DNA of 64,000 nucleotides from an uncultured Gemmatimonadales bacterium (GTDB lineage Bacteria > Gemmatimonadota > Gemmatimonadetes > Longimicrobiales > Longimicrobiaceae). The position numbers and the translations under genes were made by a program. Below the pieces are notes generated by a model, which searched no databases, had not been told where the DNA came from, and was given only the letters and a program-made list of their open reading frames with translations. Position 1 is the first letter of the stretch. Each line of letters opens with the position of its first letter. Shown piece by piece: positions 49,136 through 59,090 of the stretch. The DNA is taken from contig OY970303.1 of the NCBI GenBank assembly GCA_963716255.1, positions 6,208,001 through 6,272,000 on the forward strand, written 5' to 3'.

Positions 49136-50094
49136 AGCGAGCCGTCCGGCGCCTCCGCCAGCTCCTCCTGGCACAGCCCGAAGAACGCGCAGGTCCTGCA
49201 CGCGTAGCGCCGAGCCAGGGGAGCGAGTGGGAAGGCTTCCCGCGGGAGGGGCTCGTTCCGCTCTGGGTCGCGCAGGAGGGTGTGCATCGCCCGCACGCTG
49301 TCGCGGATCCGCTCGGCCGCACGGAGCAGGTCCAGCCGGGTGATCTCCTCCATCCGGTCATCTCCGCTGGCGAGGTTCACCACTCGCCCGTACCACTCTC
49401 CGTCGCGGAAGCGCAGCCCCAGCGCCTTGCGGCAGTACAGCGCGTAGATTGGGATCTGGAGCTCGACGTCGGTCTCGTCGCCCGTCTTCCAGTCGAGGAT
49501 CACCACCTGCCGGCCACGCGGGCGATACACCACGTCCGGTCCCGCGTAGACCGGCCACCCCTCGTGCACGAACGCCTCCGGGCTGTCCACTACGGTCAGC
49601 CACTCCGGGCGACACGCCTCCAAGTCACTCCAGACCGCGGTCTCCTCCAGCGCGCGGAGGCAGATCCTCGCTTTGCCGACGGCCTGCACCAACGCGGCGC
49701 CGTCGTGTCGCCCCGTGTACCAGACATCGTGCAGCATCGGGTGCCGCTTGGGATCGCGGAGGTACCGCGTCCGGTGGTGGGAGCCCAGGACCGTACGGTT
49801 GAGCGCGTCCGAGACCCGGGCCAGCATCACGTCGAAGGTGGGGCGGGGACTCCGCTGGCGCGTGGCAAGGGCGCCGTCGCGTGCACACTCGTGGATAGCA
49901 GTCCCGAGCACCATCGGGAGGGTGGTGAGGTGCTTCAGGGCGTAGGCGAGCCGCACCTCCGGGTGCGCGCCCTGCAGCCAGCCGTTGTGGCTGCCGTAGA
50001 AGCGCCAGTAGTACGCGCGGGTGCACTCGACCAGCGCCCGGTCGCGGGAGTGCGACCAGCTGAACGCGGGATGCTCAGGCGGGGTGAGCGACAT
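49132..50094 (-). CDS. Cas4/AddB/RecB-like PD-(D/E)XK nuclease with 4-Cys cluster
   Basis: SWSHS...C..AYY, GTAIH, GPD...ILDWKTG, Q..IYA, CRTC.F..LC; ATGA-coupled to the second tnsD. Confidence 0.8.
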   Translation of the reverse strand: MSLTPPEHPAFSWSHSRDRALVECTRAYYWRFYGSHNGWLQGAHPEVRLAYALKHLTTLPMVLGTAIHECARDGALATRQRSPRPTFDVMLARVSDALNRTVLGSHHRTRYLRDPKRHPMLHDVWYTGRHDGAALVQAVGKARICLRALEETAVWSDLEACRPEWLTVVDSPEAFVHEGWPVYAGPDVVYRPRGRQVVILDWKTGDETDVELQIPIYALYCRKALGLRFRDGEWYGRVVNLASGDDRMEEITRLDLLRAAERIRDSVRAMHTLLRDPERNEPLPREAFPLAPLARRYACRTCAFFGLCQEELAEAPDGSL

Positions 50095-50115
50095 GACTAA
50101 TCCGGGTGCGCCAGT

Positions 50116-50134
50116 ACCGAAAGAAATACGAAAG
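50116..50134 (-). promoter_or_regulatory. Operator-like TTCG-N7-TTCG site upstream of the nuclease-tnsD2 operon
   Basis: Minus strand CTTTCGTATTTCTTTCGGT, compared with CTTTCGGTATTTTTTCGGT upstream of tnsA. Confidence 0.55.
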
Positions 50135-50477
50135 AACGGTACGGAACCCGGATGGAAACCGCAAGGGAGGTGTCAACGGAGTGATGGAGATCCGTGTTGG
50201 GCCTCCCAGAAGGACCCGATCCAATCAGGTGACAGATCGTCGATAAGATCACGCTAGTTGTAGGAGGCCCATACATAGGCCCTAAAGCACGCCGCATGCA
50301 GAAGTGTGCTATCGCCGTGGGGGAGCTATGGTGCAGAAGTCCACAAGCAGATGTTGCGAAAATGCCTCGCCGCAAGCATTCATCGTGAAGTCCCACGCGG
50401 CCGATAAGTGGTCGCGCCTGGAGCTGAAGAGCGGTCGCTGTCCAGGTCACTCAGGTCAATTCAACGCAACGGTGCTG

Positions 50478-53400
50478 ATGATCGACTGGGATCGCCTCCA
50501 CGACTATGAGAGTACCAAGTCCCGCAGCTTCGAAGAACTTATCTACCACATCGCAAAGGTTCTTCACAGCGGAGAGGCGCGGTTTACTCCAATCGATGAT
50601 CGCGGCGGGGGGGACGGCGTGGAGTTCGTCGCGCAGTGGCCAGATGGTTCGGAATGGGGGTGGCAGGCGAAGTTTTTCCATCCGAATCCGCGTCTCCAGT
50701 ATGGCAACCGGAAGGCTCAGATTTCCAATTCACTTCACCGGGCGTGCGAGCAGCACCCCAACCTGCAACGGTGGATTCTATGCACGCCAACTCGCTTCAC
50801 CAATGAGGAGCGTGCTTGGTTTGAAACTACCCTCCGCCAGGTAATCCCCCCGGGCATGCAGGTCGAACTCGACCACTGGAGTGACAGTGACCTCCAGGCG
50901 TGGCTTAGTGAGCCTCGATTTGCAGGGAAGCGGGAATACTTCTTCGGCGACTTAGAACTCTCTCTGGAGTGGTTCAGGCGCCAGTTTGCTCGCCAGGCGG
51001 AGCGTTTGCGTGGCAAATTTCATCCTGAGCTGCATACGCGAACCTCCCTGGATCTGGCAATCCACAATTTCCTGGCAGGTTCGGAGGCGACCTGCGCGTG
51101 GGAAGCCGTCATGCGGGATCTGGAAGAGTTGCGCAACCAATTTCGTAGGGAGGCCGATCAACTCTTGGGGAGTACTGATGCGGAGCTTGGTGGGGCGGTT
51201 GATCTTGCTGTGCGTGCCGCCGAACGTGCCTTGTCGGCTGACTTCGATGCGAATTACGTAGGTGTGGTGAGGCTACACGGACTCCTCGCAGCTCGGGATC
51301 TCGATGAATTCTGGAAGGCGGATCCGCAGGAGATCACCTCGCGTGACTCGACGTTCGGGAAAACCTATCGTGAGGTGAAGGAAGAATTACGGTCCACTTT
51401 CAATAGTGCGAACCCTGCCCTACAAGGATCCGATCGGATCTTCGGAAAGCTGCACTTGATGGAGATGATGGCCGAGGAGTGCGCCTTACGGGTGGCGGAA
51501 GCAATCTCACCCTGGCCGGCCTCTCGTCGTCCGGCACTCCACATATTCGGCGATGCTGGGTACGGAAAGACTCAGACTGCAGCCGAGGTGGTCCAAGCCC
51601 TTCTGGAGCAAGGCGTCCCCGCACTCCTGCTACTCGGTGAGCAGTTTACCAGTGCGGCGCCACTCACTGAACAGCTCCGCCAGGTCCTGGATCTGCCCGG
51701 GAGCTACACGTGGGAAATGCTCCTCGGTGCATTGGCCACCGCTGCTGAAGCATACCATGTGCGGCTGCCGATCGTGATTGACGGCCTCAATGAGGCCATT
51801 CATCAGGGGGCGTTCTCTGATGTGTGGCAGCTCGGCTTGCCCGGCCTAATCAGCGATTTGAGAACCGTTCCCCGTGTGGGGCTCATCACTACTTGTCGGA
51901 CCTCGTATCGCGAGGTGATCTGGGATACCAGTCAACCAGAAAACGTAGCTGTTGCACGCGGTTTCCGTTCGAATGTGGAAGAGGCACTCGAGCGCTACTT
52001 CGCGCACTACCGCATCCTTGCGGATCTCACGTTTACGACCCTCACACATTTCACTCACCCGATCTACCTCAGGATATTCTGCGAGGCGAAGAATCCTGAT
52101 CGTGATCGGGACGTGGTGGTTTACATTGGTGAAGAAACACTCTTCGAGGTATTCGACCAATACCTCGACCGGGTAAATGCATCACTGTGTCGACGCTTGC
52201 GCCGCTCTCCAAGAACGCCCTTGGTGCGTACCGCACTGGGGGCCGTGGCGGAGCTCCTGTGGAATTCGAACACACGGGAAGCGCCCCTGGACGTGGTGAT
52301 TGAACGGGTTGATGGGCAAGCGCGCATTCACCTCGACTGGCTGAACTCCATCACTCACGCATTGGAGTCAGAGGGTCTCCTTGTCCATCGGGATATGCGA
52401 GCAGGTCACGAAACGTTCGCGTTCACCTATGACTTGCTTGGTGGATACCTGATTGCGCTTTCCCTACTCCGGGATCCTGGAGCCCCTCAAGCCGCGCTGA
52501 CTACGCCTGAGGTCGTGAGCCGGTTGTTTGGAGATCGGAGGCATTGGCACTCACTCGCGGAGGATATCCGGCGGTCGCTGGCCACGCTGCTCCCTACCCG
52601 CTTCGCTGAATACCTGCACCAGATCGTGGATGGGGCCGTAGCCCTCTCTGCTTCTGTGGAGGCGATTTTCGAGATCCCACCTGCAAAGCTGTCAGCTCCT
52701 GCTGTCGACTTAATTGAAAGGTTGTACGGCAACCCTGCCAACCGCGCAACCTTGTTTGATCTCGCGCGACCAGCATTAGCCCACCCCGGCCATCCACTCA
52801 ATATTCGCTTCTGGTCGGACCGCTTGTCCAGGATCACCATGGCGGAGCGGGACGTTAGTTGGACAGAGTGGGTGCGCACGAATGAGGACTGGGCTCAGGC
52901 TGAAGCTCGCCGCCTTGAATCACTTGCGGGAGCCTATGATGATCACATCCCGCATGCTCGCGATCGCCTTCGTCTGCAAGCTGAGACGATCTGCTGGTTC
53001 TTGACGACTACAAACCGGCGACTTCGAGATTTAGCGACGCGGGCGCTTTATTCATGGGGGCGGATCGATCCTGAAGGTCTCCTGGAGGTGCTCACCGCTG
53101 CATTGGACGTGAACGATCCCTATGTCGGGGAGCGGGTCCTCGCTGCCAGTTATGGGGTCGCCATGGCACGTCAGCACGACTTTGCAGATCCGAGTTTCGC
53201 CGAGTATGCGCTACCAAAGTATGGAAGGTTTTTGTATGAGTCGATGTTCTCGCCCGCTGCTCCTCACGGGACGACACATATCCTCGCACGTGACTATGCG
53301 CGACATACTGTAGAGATTGCGCTCCTGCACCACAGCTCACTGCTGAATCCGGAGCAGATCGAGCGTGTTCGACCGCCTTTTACTGAAGGTGGCATCCGAA

Positions 53401-54833
53401 TCTGGGGGGAAGCCGAACATTCGGACCTAGATGCATTCCCGGCGTGGAGCGCGCCTGTCCAGATGGATTTCGGGAACTACACAGTCGGCCAGCTTGTGGA
53501 AGGCCGGGAGAATTACCGGAATGACCATCCCGAGTACCAAAAGGTCATGCGGAACCTCTACTGGCGTATCTACAATCTGGGGTACTCGCACGAACTTTTC
53601 GAAAGGATCGATACGCTGCTCGCCAATAGGACTGGAGCCCGTGTGGGGGATGATCCAGGCAGGACAGAGCGATACGGGAAGAAATACGCGTGGATCGCGT
53701 TCTTTGAGATCGCTGGGTACCGCGTGGATCAAGGGCTCTGGGCACCCTGGATGGGTGGAGATCGGATATCGGACACAAACCTGGACCCGAGTTTCCCACA
53801 GGTGCGTTCGATGCAGCGGGTGGATGGCGATTTTCTCGGTGATCGCACAGCCTCGGTCTGGGAGTGGGTTGCGCAGGGTGAGGATCCGGATTTCGGCACA
53901 CTAACCGAAGCGGAGCAGCTTCAGGCGGAGGCTGGTCCGTGGGTTTTGCTCAACGGGTACGTATCTCAAGAGGATCCACCGGCACACCGCCGCCGATGGG
54001 TCTATTTGCGGGGACTGCTTGTCCGGCGGAGTGACTTGGAGCGACTGCTCGGCCGTCTCGAAGAGCAGGACCTAGGCGGGAGGTGGCTACCTGAGATCCC
54101 TGATGATCATTACACGTTCGCGGGCGAGATCCCATGGTGTGACACGTTTGCTCCAAATGGATGGACAGAGCTTGAGTTCATCACCAGTAAGCGCACGGTC
54201 CTGCAGGAGGAGGATCGAATCGCTCTTTATCGTGATGGGGTAACAATCACCGAGTCTGAACGAGACGTGTTCTTCGAACAACTCCGAGAGCGGTTGCCCG
54301 GACCAGATGAGACCGCTTCCCGTTCACAGGAGGACCTCACAACAGCATTCGAGGTCACGCTTGAGGAGATGGGTCTGACGGCCAGACTGGAGAAGGTACA
54401 GGTTCAGACGCAGGAGAACGACCGCGAGCGGATTGAAGTGATGATTCCCGTCCGTCAATATTCGTGGGAAGGTTATCATAGCGTGGTGACACCAGGATTG
54501 AGCATGGTGGTTCCGACAAGGGAAATCGGAGAGCACCTGCGTCTGGTGGGCCAGCCGCAGACTTTTGACCTCTTCACGACTACCGGTATTCGAGCCTCGT
54601 TCTCATACGAGGGCGGAAACCCGATGGGGACTGGCGAAGAAATGTGCTTCCTTCGACGTGATTTGTTGGAGCGGTACTTGGAGGAAACAGATCAGGCGCT
54701 CGTCTGGGGAGTCTGGGGAGAGAGAGAATACACCCACGAAGAACCGGAGCATCGGCGTGCGGTTGCAAAGACCCGACCTGTGTACAAGGTCTTCCAGCAG
54801 GTAATTCAATATTCCCGTGAAACACCAAGCTGA
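50478..54833 (+). CDS. Mrr-like nuclease-STAND NTPase (Avs2/Avs4-like antiphage protein)
   Basis: FEEL...GGGDGVE...WGWQAKFF; Walker A GDAGYGKT; IDGLNE; TTCR; ERYGKKYAWIA. Confidence 0.75.
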   Translation: MIDWDRLHDYESTKSRSFEELIYHIAKVLHSGEARFTPIDDRGGGDGVEFVAQWPDGSEWGWQAKFFHPNPRLQYGNRKAQISNSLHRACEQHPNLQRWILCTPTRFTNEERAWFETTLRQVIPPGMQVELDHWSDSDLQAWLSEPRFAGKREYFFGDLELSLEWFRRQFARQAERLRGKFHPELHTRTSLDLAIHNFLAGSEATCAWEAVMRDLEELRNQFRREADQLLGSTDAELGGAVDLAVRAAERALSADFDANYVGVVRLHGLLAARDLDEFWKADPQEITSRDSTFGKTYREVKEELRSTFNSANPALQGSDRIFGKLHLMEMMAEECALRVAEAISPWPASRRPALHIFGDAGYGKTQTAAEVVQALLEQGVPALLLLGEQFTSAAPLTEQLRQVLDLPGSYTWEMLLGALATAAEAYHVRLPIVIDGLNEAIHQGAFSDVWQLGLPGLISDLRTVPRVGLITTCRTSYREVIWDTSQPENVAVARGFRSNVEEALERYFAHYRILADLTFTTLTHFTHPIYLRIFCEAKNPDRDRDVVVYIGEETLFEVFDQYLDRVNASLCRRLRRSPRTPLVRTALGAVAELLWNSNTREAPLDVVIERVDGQARIHLDWLNSITHALESEGLLVHRDMRAGHETFAFTYDLLGGYLIALSLLRDPGAPQAALTTPEVVSRLFGDRRHWHSLAEDIRRSLATLLPTRFAEYLHQIVDGAVALSASVEAIFEIPPAKLSAPAVDLIERLYGNPANRATLFDLARPALAHPGHPLNIRFWSDRLSRITMAERDVSWTEWVRTNEDWAQAEARRLESLAGAYDDHIPHARDRLRLQAETICWFLTTTNRRLRDLATRALYSWGRIDPEGLLEVLTAALDVNDPYVGERVLAASYGVAMARQHDFADPSFAEYALPKYGRFLYESMFSPAAPHGTTHILARDYARHTVEIALLHHSSLLNPEQIERVRPPFTEGGIRIWGEAEHSDLDAFPAWSAPVQMDFGNYTVGQLVEGRENYRNDHPEYQKVMRNLYWRIYNLGYSHELFERIDTLLANRTGARVGDDPGRTERYGKKYAWIAFFEIAGYRVDQGLWAPWMGGDRISDTNLDPSFPQVRSMQRVDGDFLGDRTASVWEWVAQGEDPDFGTLTEAEQLQAEAGPWVLLNGYVSQEDPPAHRRRWVYLRGLLVRRSDLERLLGRLEEQDLGGRWLPEIPDDHYTFAGEIPWCDTFAPNGWTELEFITSKRTVLQEEDRIALYRDGVTITESERDVFFEQLRERLPGPDETASRSQEDLTTAFEVTLEEMGLTARLEKVQVQTQENDRERIEVMIPVRQYSWEGYHSVVTPGLSMVVPTREIGEHLRLVGQPQTFDLFTTTGIRASFSYEGGNPMGTGEEMCFLRRDLLERYLEETDQALVWGVWGEREYTHEEPEHRRAVAKTRPVYKVFQQVIQYSRETPS

Positions 54834-54897
54834 TCGGGAGATCGTCAAGCTTGACTCTGGGCCACTGTTGTCTCGCCAACCCTGATTCGGAGTCCCC

Positions 54898-55683
54898 ATG
54901 ACCCGTGGACCATTGGATGAGGTCACTCTCGCTACTATCGTCCAGCAACTCCCGGCTTTCGACACCTGGGTGGAGGAGGCCATCTCCTTCCTGCCAGACT
55001 TTCTCTCGGCTGCGTTCCCCTACGATAGTCAAATCCCCATGGCCTCGGTGGCGCTCGCGGATTGTGCTCACACCCTTTATGCAGTGCGCTATGCTCTTCA
55101 CGAGTACTTGGCGAACGGCATCTACTTTCGAGAGGTCGCAAACCCGCCCAACGAATCGCTCGCCGTGATTCAGGAGGTCTACTACCTCAATGATACCGCT
55201 CTCAGGCTGTACTCGGCTGCGGAGCATCTCGCGGCCGCGGTTGCCATGATGCTGGACGTCACAGATGCCGACCTCACCTCATTCAAGAGGCGAGGGCTCA
55301 GCCGGTGGGCTAGAGTGAGCGCTTTCCTGAGTGACAACCAGTCCTCCCTGGCGATCACTGGTGCATTCGCCAAGCTCTCTGGTGATGAGGACTGGAAGCT
55401 TACCATCCGCTACCGCGGGGCCTGGGTACACAACCAGCCACCAACGGTGCACGGGGCCGGTCTCGTGTACCATCGGACCCGTAAATGGCAACGTGCAGAT
55501 GATGGTGGATGGACCTTGGTGGTCCGCAAAGGCGAGAAGCCAGAGTTTACAACGGATCAACTTGGCAGGGCGTTTCTTACGGCCAGTTTTGGACTTGCGG
55601 ACGTTCTGCGGATCGTGCTTGAGCACTATAACGCGATCCTGGAGGCTTACGGCATCAGGTCCACGCCTGGCCAGCAACAGTAG
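54898..55683 (+). CDS. HEPN-domain protein (Cthe_2314-like)
   Basis: YRGAWVHNQPP (RxxxxH). Confidence 0.6.
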   Translation: MTRGPLDEVTLATIVQQLPAFDTWVEEAISFLPDFLSAAFPYDSQIPMASVALADCAHTLYAVRYALHEYLANGIYFREVANPPNESLAVIQEVYYLNDTALRLYSAAEHLAAAVAMMLDVTDADLTSFKRRGLSRWARVSAFLSDNQSSLAITGAFAKLSGDEDWKLTIRYRGAWVHNQPPTVHGAGLVYHRTRKWQRADDGGWTLVVRKGEKPEFTTDQLGRAFLTASFGLADVLRIVLEHYNAILEAYGIRSTPGQQQ

Positions 55684-55723
55684 TGAGATCTACTTGCGAT
55701 TACGTCGCTATGACGAAGTCCAC

Positions 55724-56164
55724 TTAACGTGAAGGCTTCAGGGGCGGCTCGGATTGGCCAACTAGCCGCTCAAGGCACTCTCCGACACACTCAAACCGAT
55801 TGCGTTGGTCGACATCCTTCGGCGCGTTGAGTTTGTAGTCACCGTCGCGGCCGAGGGTCCATCGCGTCTCACATCCATGCTGAACGTCAAACTCGGGCAG
55901 TAGGAATCCTGTATCCGGTGACTGAACGAGGAGCACGACAGCCCATCGCTGCTCCGATTCCGAGAGAGAATCTACCAGGTTCTTTGTCAATCCCCAGAAT
56001 CCCTGTCCGGCGCTACGCACCTTGACGTAAAGTACAGCACCGCGATCACCACAAATACGAACGAAATTCCTGCCCCCGGCAGGAAAATCTACGCCATAGC
56101 CACGGCGCGATGCCCACCTCTGTGCGTTGTCTACGAAAGCTTGAAGGATCTGGTGTGCGTTCAT
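55724..56164 (-). CDS. Hypothetical protein (possibly restriction-endonuclease-like fold)
   Basis: 146-aa ORF with LYVKVRS...GFWG. Confidence 0.5.
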   Translation of the reverse strand: MNAHQILQAFVDNAQRWASRRGYGVDFPAGGRNFVRICGDRGAVLYVKVRSAGQGFWGLTKNLVDSLSESEQRWAVVLLVQSPDTGFLLPEFDVQHGCETRWTLGRDGDYKLNAPKDVDQRNRFECVGECLERLVGQSEPPLKPSR

Positions 56165-56322
56165 CCCAGGATGAGGGGAGAGTGGATCCGCCTATCGCCC
56201 AAACTCAGTTGCACAGGGCCGGTGCACAGAAATCGAAGCCAAAACCATGCCCGGCCCTGTGTCCACTGCAGCTTGTTAGGCCGGCTGTGACCCTGTGATC
56301 CAGAGTTGAGGATAGCAGCGGA

Positions 56323-56865
56323 TCACGAGTCCTCCTCAGTGGGCTCGTACTTCGGGAGCATACTTCCGAAGATGAACGGGGTGTAGTGATAGATGAGCAT
56401 CGAGACATCTGCGGTCTTGGGATCAATTGGCATTGGGTGCTCGATTCCCATAAACAGCTCATACACCTCCTCACGGGTCACCGTTGCCCCAAGCTCGTGA
56501 GCTAACCGATTACGGATGCGGTGTAGCTTCCGAAGAGAGCCAACGACGAAGTCTGGCAGGAGTTCCCAATCCTCCACTAAAACACAGCGTGATGCAATTT
56601 CCAGCTTTTGGGAGTAGCTAAGCCTAGTTGCCAGAACTGCCTCACCGTTCGGCTCCAGCGCATACGCAAGCAGTCTATCGAGCACCGCCTCCGACAAAAG
56701 ATGACACTTCAGTATCCAGCTCACCGGGTCGCCGATCCGAAGAGAAGGGCGCGCTCCAGACCCAGAGTTCTCGAGGTGCTCAGACCTCATGCTATCCAGC
56801 AGCAGAGGCAGAGTCTGATATCGGAGCTCCGTCAGTCGTAGGAGCCTTTCCTTCAGATCGCTCAT
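56323..56865 (-). CDS. HEPN-domain protein
   Basis: LKCHLLSE...SYSQKL...LRKLHRIRNRLAH (RxxxxH). Confidence 0.6.
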   Translation of the reverse strand: MSDLKERLLRLTELRYQTLPLLLDSMRSEHLENSGSGARPSLRIGDPVSWILKCHLLSEAVLDRLLAYALEPNGEAVLATRLSYSQKLEIASRCVLVEDWELLPDFVVGSLRKLHRIRNRLAHELGATVTREEVYELFMGIEHPMPIDPKTADVSMLIYHYTPFIFGSMLPKYEPTEEDS

Positions 56866-56879
56866 GAGGGACAGTTTAA

Positions 56880-58551
56880 CCCGGATCCTGCACGGGTGAA
56901 GGTAGGAAAAGGGAGGGGTAGGATGCAGAACACCGCCTGGGGCCGTAGGTTGAGGGAACTTCCTGGCAGAAGTATTCCACCCAACCATAGGCACCCAGAC
57001 GGTGCGAGTTCAGACTATCGCTTCTCGACCCCACGTGCAAGGCAGGGCGGCCCCGCTGCGGCTTCGGCACTCGGCCGGTGAGCTGACGGACGGAGCGGGC
57101 CTGCTGCTGCTTCGCCGTCTCTGGGATCGACTGGGGCTGGGGCAGAGGCTCGACACCGAAGCGGCCTGGCTGCGCGGCGCCTACCGGCCGAGCCTGATGG
57201 TGGAGCTCTGGATCGTACTGCTGCTCTACGGCGGCGGCTGCATGGATGATCTGCGCCTGCTGGGCGGGCGCGGCATCCGCCGCCTCTTCGGCTGGAAGGG
57301 CCTGCCCGATCCAACGACCTACGGGCGCTGGCTGCGTCGCGGCGGGGAGCGCCTGGCGGGGCAGCTCGACGCCGTTCTCTGGCAGATGGTGCGTGCCCGT
57401 TGGGCGAGGAGCGCAGTGCCGCGCTCGGTGATGCTGGTGCTGGACAGCACGGTGGTGCAGCGATACGGGCTCAAGCAGGCGGGCGCCGAAAAGGGCTACA
57501 ACCCCACGAAGAAGGGCCGACCCAGTCACCACCCGCTGGTGGCCTTCCTGGCCGAGACGGGCGACTGCCTGGGCGTGCGCTGGCGAGCGGGCAGCGCCCA
57601 CACCGCCGCCGGGGCGATCCCCTGGATCGAGGCCCTGGTGGGGCAGCTCCGCGCGGCCGGGGTCGAGCAGATCACGCTGCGTCTGGACAAGGGGTTCTTC
57701 TCCCGGAAGATGGTCGAGGCGCTGGAGGCCCTCGGGGTCGGCTACGTGCTCAAGGTGCCCGACCAGAAGTGGCTGCGGCGTCACCTCTCGCCCTTTCGCC
57801 GCTCCCAGAAGGACCCCAAGCTCTGGACGGCCTCGGGCACGATCTACGGCGCGCGGCTGCTGACGGTGGAACAGCGGCGCGAGATCGGGGGCGCCGAAGG
57901 CGAGCTGGAGCTGGAGAGCTACAAGGTCGAGAAGACGGCGCACGTGCTGAGCAACGTGGCGGGGATCAGCGTCCTCTCGGCGTGGCGGCTCTACAACCAG
58001 GGCGCGCTCGTGGAGCAGCGGATCGAGGAGCTGGGACAGCTCTCGGTGGGGCAGACGGCGGTCGATGATCTGGGGGGTAATCATCTGCTCTGGGCGCTGG
58101 GTGCGCTGGCGTATCAGATGCTCCACACCCTCCGCACCACGGCGCTCTCGGGAAGCTGGCGCCGGGCACAGCCGAAGCGCCTGCGGGCCTGGCTCTTCCG
58201 CCTTCCGGCGAAGCTGACCACGCACGCGCGCAAGCAGTACGTGCAGCTCCAGCGGGCCGAGCCGCTGCGCCGAGAACTGCTCCGGGCGCTGCGCCGGGTC
58301 GGCACGGGACCGCCCCTGCCAGCCTGAGAGTCTCTGGCGCAGGCACGCAGGGCGAGGAAGACCGGAGCCCATCGGCCCGGTGGTGGAGCCGCTTTGCCCT
58401 GCGGCGCCCGGCAGACCGGAATCAGCCGCGGCAGAGCCTCTTGCGAGGGCGGCGGCAACGTCCCGGCTCGCTCGGTCGCCGCCTCCGCCGTCATCTGCCG
58501 GCTCGCGAGAGGCGAAATCCACCGGGGCGCCACTCCCGTGCAGGATCCGGG
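56880..58551 (+). mobile_element. IS1380-family insertion sequence (1,672 bp)
   Basis: Perfect 17-bp inverted repeats CCCGGATCCTGCACGGG (56880-56896, 58535-58551); target duplication TTTAA (56875-56879, 58552-58556). Confidence 0.92.
57002..58327 (+). CDS. IS1380-family DDE transposase
   Basis: LTDGAGL, LVLDST, GYNP..GRPSHHPL, LRLDKGF, YNQ.A.VEQRIEEL, LRAWLFRLPAKL. Confidence 0.88.
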   Translation: MRVQTIASRPHVQGRAAPLRLRHSAGELTDGAGLLLLRRLWDRLGLGQRLDTEAAWLRGAYRPSLMVELWIVLLLYGGGCMDDLRLLGGRGIRRLFGWKGLPDPTTYGRWLRRGGERLAGQLDAVLWQMVRARWARSAVPRSVMLVLDSTVVQRYGLKQAGAEKGYNPTKKGRPSHHPLVAFLAETGDCLGVRWRAGSAHTAAGAIPWIEALVGQLRAAGVEQITLRLDKGFFSRKMVEALEALGVGYVLKVPDQKWLRRHLSPFRRSQKDPKLWTASGTIYGARLLTVEQRREIGGAEGELELESYKVEKTAHVLSNVAGISVLSAWRLYNQGALVEQRIEELGQLSVGQTAVDDLGGNHLLWALGALAYQMLHTLRTTALSGSWRRAQPKRLRAWLFRLPAKLTTHARKQYVQLQRAEPLRRELLRALRRVGTGPPLPA

Positions 58552-59090
58552 TTTAACTATGTGTTAAGTAGCCGGAGTTCCATTTTTTACGCGAAGCAGT
58601 TGCGCTGCCTGGACCTTATGGCCGCAATCTGTGTCCCGCCACCCCCACACACAAGCATGCGGGCGGCGGGACCCCCACCGCCTCCAATCGTTGTGGCGTC
58701 GGTCGCAACTCCTGTTCTACCGTTCGTCTCCTCGAGGAATACAGCTATTGCCCCTGGTGTCGCGCCAGCACCTATCACGCCTCCAGAGACGACACACCGC
58801 GGGCCGGCGACTTCACCAGCGTCAGGCAGGACGCCCTAGACCTAATGGATGCGCTCGACGCCGTTCTCCCCAAACGGCCGCCGCGCACCCGGGGGTGGCG
58901 TCGTTCCCGCACGGGAGGAGAGACACGGCGGACGGCTGGGAGCCGACGGGCGCGTCTTCATCTCCTTCCGCTGCTTTCCGCGCCGTCCGGTGCGCACCTC
59001 GCGCGTGCGCCAACCCGCCCGCTCCAAGATCCGTGAGCGGGTTGTCGTAGGGCATCACCATCAACGCATCCAGCAGCCCGGCAGCCCGCG

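Noticed and set aside
47243..50094. CRISPR-associated transposon (CAST) call based on Cas4-like nuclease plus TniQ
   Set aside because: No cas1/5/6/7/8/12k ORF and no repeat-spacer array seen between the ends; the fold is shared with non-Cas RecB/AddB nucleases
56876..58522. 548-aa antisense ORF across the IS
   Set aside because: Shadow of the IS1380 transposase with no motifs
58557..59090. Short ORFs or an array near the distal transposon end
   Set aside because: No RBS-supported, motif-bearing ORF or periodic repeat could be supported
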